Of a stretch of 64,000 nt of DNA, positions 56,245-64,000 are shown piece after piece. A program made the position numbers and the translations under genes. Source of the DNA: Alphaproteobacteria bacterium. Lineage in GTDB: Bacteria; Pseudomonadota; Alphaproteobacteria; JAAXGF01. Below the pieces are notes generated by a model. The model had not been told where the DNA came from, did no database searches, and worked only from the letters and a program-made list of their open reading frames with translations. Each line of letters starts with the position of its first letter. Positions within the stretch are counted from its first letter, which is position 1. The DNA is taken from the NCBI GenBank assembly GCA_963555825.3, contig CAUVXB020000002.1, positions 512,001-576,000 on the forward strand, written 5' to 3'.

Positions 56245-56362
56245 TGAGAACGGCAGAGCAATAATCCCCCACTGAAGCGGCCGGTCGATCCGGCTGCGGC
56301 GGACCAAAATGGGACCGCGTATAGCCTTCTGTCAGGGTTGTTCTGACTGGAAGGCGGGGGGG

Positions 56363-57862
56363 ATGTATCGGGTGGAGTTGTACGCACGGGTTCGGCGGGC
56401 GTGTCATGTCGAGGGGATGAGCACCCGCGAGGCCTCGCGGGTGTTTGGTGTAGACCGCAAGACGGTCCGTAAGATGCTGTCGTTCTCGGTGCCGCCAGGG
56501 TATCGCCGAAGCGCGCCGCCGAGGCGGCCAAAGCTGGGTCCGTTCACGGGAATCATCGATCGGATCTTGGAAGACGATCGGACCAGCCACCGCAAGCAAC
56601 GGCACACTGCGAAGCGCATCTTCGACCGCCTCCGGGACGAGTACGGTTTCACGGGCGGCTACACCATCGTGAAGGACTACGTTCGTGAGCAGGGGCTTCG
56701 GTCGCGTGAGGTGTTCGTGCCACTCTCCCATTCCCCCGGTCACGCCCAGGCGGACTTCGGCGAAGCGATGGCGGTGATCGGCGGCGCGTTACGGAAGATC
56801 CACTTCCTTGCCTTCGACCTTCCCCACAGTGATGGTTGCTTTGTTGCGGCCTATCCGGCGGAGACGACCGAAGCATTCTGCGATGGCCACAACGCGGCGT
56901 TTGCCTTCTTCGGCGGCGTCCCCCGATCCATCCTGTACGACAACACCAAGCTGGCGGTTGCCCGGATCCTGGGCGATGGGAAGCGGCAGCGAACGCGCGT
57001 CTTCACGGAGCTTCAGTCCCACTATCTGTTCGAGGACAGGTTCGGCCGGCCGGGCAAGGGCAACGACAAGGGCAAGGTCGAGGGACTGGTCGGCTTCATC
57101 CGGCGGAACTTCCTGGTCCCCGTCCCGCGTGCCGAGAGCTTCGCGGCCCTCAACGATGCTCTCGCCGAACAGTGCCGCCGGCGCCAGGCGGCGCGGCTGC
57201 GGGGCCACAAGGAGACCATCGGCGAGCGTCTCGAGCGGGATCGTCAAGTTCTCTTGCCATTGCCGCCTGCTCCCTATGATGCCTGCGATAAGCGCCCTGG
57301 ACGGGCGAGTTCGCTGTCGCTGGTGCGTTACCGCAGCAACGACTATTCCGTGCCCGTGGCCTACGGCCACCGTGAGGTGCTCATCCGGGGCTACGTCGAT
57401 GAGGTGGTGATCAGCTGCGGGGCCGAGGTGATCGCCCGGCACCGCCGGTCCTACGACAGCGAGGACCTGATCTTCGACCCGCTGCATTACCTGCCCTTGA
57501 TCGAGCAGAAGATCGGCGCCCTCGACCAGGCCGCGCCATTGGCGGGCTGGGACCTGCCCGAGGCCTTCATCACTCTGCGGCGGCTCCTCGAAGCTCGTAT
57601 GGGCAAGGCAGGCAAGCGCGAGTACGTCCAGGTGCTCCGTCTACTGGAGACCTTCCGGCTCGAGGAGGTCGAGGGTGCGGTCGGCGACGCCCTGCGGCTC
57701 GGCGCAATCGGCTTTGATGCGGTGAAGCACCTGGTACTGTGCCGCATCGAGCGGCGGCCGCCCAGGCTCAACCTCGACGTCTATCCGTATCTGCCGCGCG
57801 CCCGGGTCGCGATGACGTCCGCCAAGTCGTACATGAGCCTGCTGTCGGGGCTCGGCGCATGA
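56363..57862 (+). CDS. istA: IS21 transposase IstA
   Basis: HTH, AQADFG, LYDN, KGKVE. Confidence 0.95.
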   Translation: MYRVELYARVRRACHVEGMSTREASRVFGVDRKTVRKMLSFSVPPGYRRSAPPRRPKLGPFTGIIDRILEDDRTSHRKQRHTAKRIFDRLRDEYGFTGGYTIVKDYVREQGLRSREVFVPLSHSPGHAQADFGEAMAVIGGALRKIHFLAFDLPHSDGCFVAAYPAETTEAFCDGHNAAFAFFGGVPRSILYDNTKLAVARILGDGKRQRTRVFTELQSHYLFEDRFGRPGKGNDKGKVEGLVGFIRRNFLVPVPRAESFAALNDALAEQCRRRQAARLRGHKETIGERLERDRQVLLPLPPAPYDACDKRPGRASSLSLVRYRSNDYSVPVAYGHREVLIRGYVDEVVISCGAEVIARHRRSYDSEDLIFDPLHYLPLIEQKIGALDQAAPLAGWDLPEAFITLRRLLEARMGKAGKREYVQVLRLLETFRLEEVEGAVGDALRLGAIGFDAVKHLVLCRIERRPPRLNLDVYPYLPRARVAMTSAKSYMSLLSGLGA

Positions 57863-58623
57863 CCGACACACCGCAAGTGCTGCTCGCCCACCACCTCAAG
57901 ACGCTGAAGCTGCCGACCTTCCTGCGCGAGTACGACAAGATCGCCCGGCAGTGCGCCTCGGAAGGCGTCGATCACGTCCGCTACCTGTTGAGACTCGCCG
58001 AGCTCGAGCTGATCGACCGCGAGCGCCGCATGGTCGAGCGGCGCATCAAGGCGGCGCGCTTCCCCGTGGTCAAGAGCCTCGACAGCTTCGACTTCAAGGT
58101 CATCCCCTCGCTCAACAAGGCGCTGGTCCTGGAGCTGGCCCGCTGCGAGTACATCGAGCGCCGCGAGAACCTCATCGCGCTCGGCAACAGTGGGACCGGC
58201 AAGACCCACATCGCCCTCGGTCTCGGCCTGGCGGCCTGCCAGAAGGGCCTCTCGGTCGGCTTCATCACCGCCGCCGCGCTGGTCCACGAACTCATCGAGG
58301 CCCGCGATGACAAGCAGCTGCTGAGGTTCCAGAAGAAGCTCGCCACCTACAAGCTTCTGATCGTCGACGAACTCGGCTTCGTGCCGCTGTCGAAGACCGG
58401 CGCCGAGCTGTTGTTCGAGGTGTTCAGCCAACGCTACGAGCGGGGCTCGACCCTGGTCACCACCAATCTGCCCTTCGACGAATGGACCGAGGTGTTCGGC
58501 TCCGAGCGCCTCACCGGCGCGCTCCTCGATCGCCTCACCCACCACGTCAACATCCTCGAGATGAACGGTGACAGCTACAGGCTCAACCAGAGCCGCAGGC
58601 GTCAAACCCCGACTGCTAACTGA
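57859..58623 (+). CDS. istB: IS21 helper ATPase IstB
   Basis: GNSGTGKTH, IVDELG. Confidence 0.95.
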   Translation: MTDTPQVLLAHHLKTLKLPTFLREYDKIARQCASEGVDHVRYLLRLAELELIDRERRMVERRIKAARFPVVKSLDSFDFKVIPSLNKALVLELARCEYIERRENLIALGNSGTGKTHIALGLGLAACQKGLSVGFITAAALVHELIEARDDKQLLRFQKKLATYKLLIVDELGFVPLSKTGAELLFEVFSQRYERGSTLVTTNLPFDEWTEVFGSERLTGALLDRLTHHVNILEMNGDSYRLNQSRRRQTPTAN

Positions 58624-59039
58624 ACCGACCACCCAGCCCACGCTTGACCCCGTGGGCCCACAGGTCCCTCCCGCGCGCGCCGCCGCGTCAGCCTGTTGAG
58701 GGCACGCCGCGTCGCGCGCGGGGCCCTCCCGTGGACTACGGGGACAAGCCCGCAGCCGCCAAGCGGTCCCTTCTTACACCGCCGAGGTGGTCCCTTTTTG
58801 CTCCGCCATTGACAGCAAGAGACGTGAACGACCGCTTTGTCCCCATCCATGCCGATCAGATAGACATTCACGACGGCCGTTTCGGGCCGATCTGAGACCA
58901 TCGCAATTGGCACGAGTCGACCCGAAGTGGTTATTCACAGCTGCCTGACCGAATGTCGGCTTCCGAATCGCGTACCGGCCGTCCACACTCGGCGATCGAT
59001 ACGGCTGGAGTTGGCTGATTTCTGGCTTTCCTCAGAAAC

Positions 59040-59726
59040 TCAGTCTTCCGCCACGATCTGCAGAGACCTTCGGCGGAAATAGGCGGCTACTTCCTTCTGA
59101 GACGCCTCGATGTGGGCGTGTAGGAGATGGACGGCCGATTCCACATCTTCCTCCCCACAGGCTTCCAAGAGTTTTGTGTGTTCGTGGTGTGGCCGCTCCA
59201 AACCGGACACCAAGGTCACCTGAAGGCGTCTGAAAAGCCCCATCTGATCATGAAGCTGTCTGATCATTCTGAGCAGACGGTGCCGGTTACAGGGCTCATA
59301 CAGCGCGAGATGAAACCGCAGATTTAGATCGCTCCACCGCTCGAAGTCTCCGGCTTCCACATAGTCATCAAGAATGTCACGGGCGAAACGAAGATCGGCT
59401 TCGACCATGTTCGGAACAGCGAGCTCCAATGCACGACATTCAAGCGCAATGCGGAGGTCGAACATCTCGGCGAAGTCTTCGGGCGTCAGCTCGACGACGA
59501 TAGCGCCGCGACGCGGCCGAAATTCGACCAGGCCTTCGGACTCCAGTTGCCTAAGGGCTTCGCGTACCGGGATCTTGCTGACGTTGAAGCGCCCGGCAAG
59601 CTCGTCTTGACGCAATGGTGTGCCGGCGGCCAACGCGCCCGCCAAGATCTCTTTCCGCAAGAGCGGCACTATGTTCCGGGCTGTTGTGCCACTCATTTTG
59701 AGTTTCCGCGGCGGGCGTTCCGTCAT
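59040..59726 (-). CDS. GntR-family (FCD) transcriptional regulator
   Basis: LRQDELA..FNVSKIPVREAL..LESEGLV, N..FH, EH. Confidence 0.9.
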   Translation of the reverse strand: MTERPPRKLKMSGTTARNIVPLLRKEILAGALAAGTPLRQDELAGRFNVSKIPVREALRQLESEGLVEFRPRRGAIVVELTPEDFAEMFDLRIALECRALELAVPNMVEADLRFARDILDDYVEAGDFERWSDLNLRFHLALYEPCNRHRLLRMIRQLHDQMGLFRRLQVTLVSGLERPHHEHTKLLEACGEEDVESAVHLLHAHIEASQKEVAAYFRRRSLQIVAED

Positions 59727-59844
59727 CGATACCCCATGGTCCAGCGTCCTATGGCCGATTTTATATTGACTACAATATGAATAAAATCGTATACGATCAA
59801 GCGCCTTGTGATCTGATTTTCTCATAGACCTGTGAGTCGCCAAC

Positions 59845-61164
59845 ATGGCTAGTGTCCCGATTCCGAAGTTCGCATGATTTTCGCCTGCTGTTCAGCGATT
59901 TCGATTGTTCGGAGGCAGAAGCGCTGGATGGCGCCGAGGATGTCATCGGCGGATTTGGTCCATTTGAAGGGTTTGGGGTTCTGGTTTGTCGTGTCGATGT
60001 AGTCGAGGATGGTGCGCTCCAACTCCTTGGTGGAGCGATGGACGCCGCGCCTGATCTGCTTGTCGGTCAGCAGCCCGAACCAGCGCTCGACCTGGTTCAG
60101 CCAGGAGGCGCTGGTGGGTGTGAAATGGGCCTGCCAGCGCGGCCGTTTGGCGAACCAGTCGCGGATCGCCTTGGTCTTGTGGGTCCCGTAGTTGTCCATG
60201 ACGATGTGGATGTCGAGATCAGCAGGGACGTTCGCCTCGACGAGGTCGAGGAATTTGCGGAACTCTCGGGCCCGATGGCGCGGGAAACATTTGCCGATGA
60301 TCTCTCCCGTGGCGATGTCGAGGGCCGCGAAGAGAGAGGTCGTGCCGTGGCGCTTGTAGTCGTGGCTGCGCCGCTCCGCCTGCCCGGGGCGCATCGGCAA
60401 GAGGGGCTGGGAACGGTCCAGGGCCTGGATCTGGCTCTTTTCGTCGACACAGAGAACCAGGGCACGATCCGGCGGCGCCAAATACAGACCGACGATGTCG
60501 CGGACCTTCTCCACGAAGAAGGGATCGCTCGACAGCTTGAAGGTCTCCGAGCGATGCGGCTGCAAGCCGAAGGCCCGCCAGATGCGATGAATGGTCGAGG
60601 GCGCGTGGCCGCTCGCCCGCGCCATCGAGCGAAGGCTCCAATGGGTCGCGTCCGGCGGCGTCTCTTCCAGCGTCAGCCGGACCGCTTCCGCGATGGCGTC
60701 ATCGCCGATTTGACGCGGCGCGCCGGGGCGGGGTTCGTCGTACAGACCGTCGAGGCCCTCCGCCGCATAGCGGCGTCGCCACTTGCCCACGGTGTCCGCG
60801 CTCGCCTCGAGACGAACGGCGATCTCCTTGTTCTCCAACCCTTCCGCCGCCGCCAAGACGATCCGAGCCCGCCGCGCAAGCCCCTGCGACGTCTTGCGAC
60901 GACGAGACAGCGCCTCCAATTCGGCGCGCTCGTCATCGCTCAAAGAGATCGTCACCGCCACTCTCGCCATCAATCGCGCCTCCTAAAAACAAATAGAGAC
61001 ATAATCATATCAATTTATCGATCAGGACACTAGGGATGGTAAGAGCCCGTATACGCAGCATGGAATCACGGCGATCGATTATCCGGTCGTCGCCATTGCC
61101 GACATGGAAGTGGCGCGGCGAAGATTCGAGCGCCTTGGCTTTGTGGTTCCACCACGCGGTCATC
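59845..61164 (+). pseudogene. VOC/glyoxalase-like gene disrupted by IS630 (codon 3) and IS256
   Basis: Rejoined frame MARDGKSPYTQHGITAIDYPVVAIADMEVARRRFERLGF..PRGH. Confidence 0.6.
59849..61033 (-). mobile_element. IS630-family element, intact transposase 59849-60970
   Basis: CTAG ends; [27 protein letters not shown]. Confidence 0.94.
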
Positions 61165-61182
61165 GAGCTATAACCGAATCTT

Positions 61183-62983
61183 GACGGGGCGGTAAAAAGT
61201 TGTTGGCCGATGGCGTGCTTGTACAGGTCTTTGCGGTTCGGTGAAGAATATTTGCCTGTCTCCGCGTTGCTGGTGGATAAAACCTGATATTACCTATCCT
61301 TGGCTTCTCCTTGGCTTCGTTTTTTATGGTGCGATTGCCGCGCAGCGTCGGATATTGAGGCCGAGGGCACGCAGATTGACCACGTAGCGCATGGCCGGCA
61401 TGCCGCGAATGCGTAGGTGAGCCAGGTTCATCTGGTACTTTAATCGCGACATGGTCGCTTCTATGCCGGCCCGCCATCTGTAGACGTCGCGGAAGGCATC
61501 GCTTTGTTCATAAAGCCGGCGCTTTTGGTTGGCAGCCCTGGCCGGGGTATATTGAAAGCGGGAAAATTGGCCGTCACGCTTGGCCGCCTGCACGGGACAT
61601 CGCAGTATATCGGGACATTTTTGGCAGATGGAGAGGTCGAAACGGGCCTGCAGCTTGGCTTTGGCGAGCGAGGCTGAAACCGGTTCGACGTTATTGGGAC
61701 AGCGCAAGACCAAGCCTTCTTCGTTGAGAGTGAAATCCTCCAACGTCAACCGTCCCGAGACGGCGCCTTTCGGCGGTCGCGCGGGCGCCACGAGATTGAT
61801 GTTCTGTTCGCGCGTCAGAGCCATGTTGTCACTGGAACCGTAATGTGAATCACCCAGCATCACCGCCGGCGTCAGCGCGCGCTCGCTCAGATCATCCAGC
61901 GCATCGGCCAAGCGATGGCCGTCATGCACCGTCATCTTGTGGACCTCCACGTGGGTGATGAGGTCCGGTGTCGCGGCAACCGCCTCGTTACTGTCATCTT
62001 CACAATAGGTTTCGACGATCTGCGCCATGTATCCCTGACCCTTGTGCGCGTTGTAGCTCGCGTCCGGGTCGGCCGGATTGCCGACGGTATCGCACGGCAC
62101 ATCCTTTGGATCTCGAATCGCGGCGCGCTTTGCGTCACGATCGCCACACTCATCATCAACGATCTCGAACTGATCGCGCAGAACCCTCTCCAGGATCGCA
62201 AAACTGGAAAGCTTTGCCGCCGCCGTGTCACGGAATTGCAGCACCAGGGCTAGGAGATACTGACCCGCTTCGCCGAGGCGCCGTTTTGAAACACTCGGCG
62301 CCGTATTCGCGAACGCGCCATTGCCCTCGCGATCGACATAGCGGCGGATCACCTCCTTGCTGATCTGCTCGTGCAGACCGGGATGATATCGCTCAAGCTC
62401 ACGGGCAAACTTCGAGATGCTCTCAACAACGATACCAAGTCGTGTCAGCGCCCGCATCGCCGAACGAAGGGCCGTCGAATCCATGCGTTGGTGGCTGGTA
62501 TCGACAGAGAACCCCTGCACCAGCCGATCCGTCAAACACCGGAACAGCAATTCATCGAGACCTTGTTCGATAAACAGACGGCGATAGTTGCGCAGGGTTT
62601 TCTCACAGAAATAGCTGTCCGCTTCGCTGCGCACGTCCAAGGCATAGTGCCACGCCATATTGAAGGCCAGGGCCTCGACGGTCTCTGCATCGCTCAGATC
62701 GTGCAGCTGCTGCAAAAGCAAGACCCCGATGACAACGTGTAGATCCTTCGATGGTCGGCCCATGCGTTCATCAAGGTGACGGCAAAGATCGTCAACCGGA
62801 AGTTCGACAAGCAGATGGTTCCGAAAAACCCCGGCCCAGGATTGCTCCATCAGGCGCCGACGTTTGTCCCCGAAATAGGACCAGCGATCAAACAATTCTC
62901 CGGTCCGTCGGTCGCGTAAAGTAAACATGCACAATTATAACCCAGCCGACTCTCATGAGGAATCGACTTTTTACCGCCCCGTC
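61183..62983 (-). mobile_element. IS1182/IS5-like element (transposase 61324-62928) inserted in the left end of IS256
   Basis: 18-bp TIR GACGGGGCGGTAAAAAGT; 7-bp TSD GAATCTT; MDST, DPDA, GDS.YGS, Y..RAGIE. Confidence 0.85.
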
Positions 62984-63071
62984 GAATCTTGTGTACGGCG
63001 TTGAAATGAAGGCGGCGTATCCTGGTGATTGTTGATGTCACCACTTGAGCTAAGCCAAGGAAGGATACGCC

Positions 63072-64000
63072 ATGAAAGAGAATACCGTTGTTGCTTTTCA
63101 AAACCCATCTGATTTTCAGAAAGATCCGTTGACGGAAGTCCTACAAGCTGGAGCTCGCGAGTTGTTGGCCCAAGCCGTTGAGGCCGAGGTCTCCGTGTTT
63201 TTGGGTAGCCATGCGGCGCTTGTTGACGCCGCCGGCCGCCGCCGGGTTGTCCGCAATGGATATCTGCCGGAACGCTTCATCCAGACCGGGATCGGCCCGG
63301 TGAGCGTGCGCCAACCCCGTGTGCGGGACCGGGGGGACGGCGCCATCCGCTTCACGTCGGCGATCCTGCCGCGCTATCTGCGCCGCGCCAAGAGCCTGGA
63401 AGACCTTTTGCCATGGCTGTATCTGAAGGGCATTTCCACCGGCGACTTCGGGGAAGCCTTGGCGGCGCTCCTGGGGAGCTCCGCGCCGGGGCTTTCGGCC
63501 TCCACGATCACCCGGCTGAAAGAGGTCTGGGGGGTTGAGGCGGAGCGCTGGCAACGGCGCGACCTCACGGCCAAGCGCTACGTCTATTTCTGGGTGGACG
63601 GCATCTATTTCAGCGCCCGCATGGAGGAAGAGAAGCAGTGCATCCTGGTGATCGTCGGGGCCACGGACAAGGGACAGAAGGAACTGATCGCCATCGCCGA
63701 CGGCTATCGCGAAAGTGAGCAGTCCTGGCTCGAAGTTCTGCTCGATCTCAAGCGGCGCGGCCTTGAAATGGGTCCGCAACTGGCGCTCGGCGACGGCGCG
63801 CTCGGCTTCTGGAAGGCGCTCCGCCAAGTCTACCCAGGCGCCCGCGAGCAACGCTGCTGGGTTCACAAGACGGGCAACGTCTTGAACAAGCTGCCCAAGG
63901 GTCTGCAAAAGAAAGCCAAGGGGCGCCTGCAAGACATCTGGATGGCCGAAACCAGGAAGGATGCCGAGAGCGCCTTCGACTTCTTCCTGGAAGCCTACGG
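63072..64000 (+). CDS. IS256-family transposase (3' truncated by window; element left end probably at 61165)
   Basis: Translated by hand: RNGYLPER.IQTGIG, LYLKGIST, WVDG, GDGALGFW, QRCWVHK. Confidence 0.9.
   Translation, partial: MKENTVVAFQNPSDFQKDPLTEVLQAGARELLAQAVEAEVSVFLGSHAALVDAAGRRRVVRNGYLPERFIQTGIGPVSVRQPRVRDRGDGAIRFTSAILPRYLRRAKSLEDLLPWLYLKGISTGDFGEALAALLGSSAPGLSASTITRLKEVWGVEAERWQRRDLTAKRYVYFWVDGIYFSARMEEEKQCILVIVGATDKGQKELIAIADGYRESEQSWLEVLLDLKRRGLEMGPQLALGDGALGFWKALRQVYPGAREQRCWVHKTGNVLNKLPKGLQKKAKGRLQDIWMAETRKDAESAFDFFLEAY

Larger units (their letters stand above)
56245..58814 (+). mobile_element. IS21-family element copy 2 (intact, no TSD)
   Basis: TGAGAACGGC...GCCATTGACA ends; near-identical to copy 1. 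Confidence 0.95.

Overview
GC-rich alphaproteobacterial-type chromosomal window. It carries transport and catabolic genes (branched-chain amino acid ABC operon, RutR-controlled pyrimidine degradation cluster, Rieske oxygenase, flavin oxidoreductase, BKACE, M20 hydrolase, fused four-domain ABC transporter). It is also heavily invaded by about 16 insertion sequences (IS21 x2, IS110/IS1111 x3, IS630 x6, IS3 x2, IS1595, IS1182/IS5-like, IS256), several nested, plus structured MITE-like repeats. Highlights: (1) an unassigned ~630-nt non-coding tract (~22790-23420) folds on the + strand into many hairpins with UUCG/GNRA loops and contains an internally duplicated module with compensatory changes; DnaA boxes lie just upstream, making it a candidate new large ncRNA. 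(2) Three IS1111-type elements have 3' non-coding bridge/seek RNAs whose target and donor guides can be read against their actual insertion sites; one targets IS21 istA and one targets the junction made by a sibling element. (3) A second structured motif is present in two copies. (4) A transposase-less cargo unit is bounded by 22-bp inverted repeats. (5) A four-site AT-rich palindromic array lies between convergent genes. All coordinates and folds were read by eye; no database searches were run.
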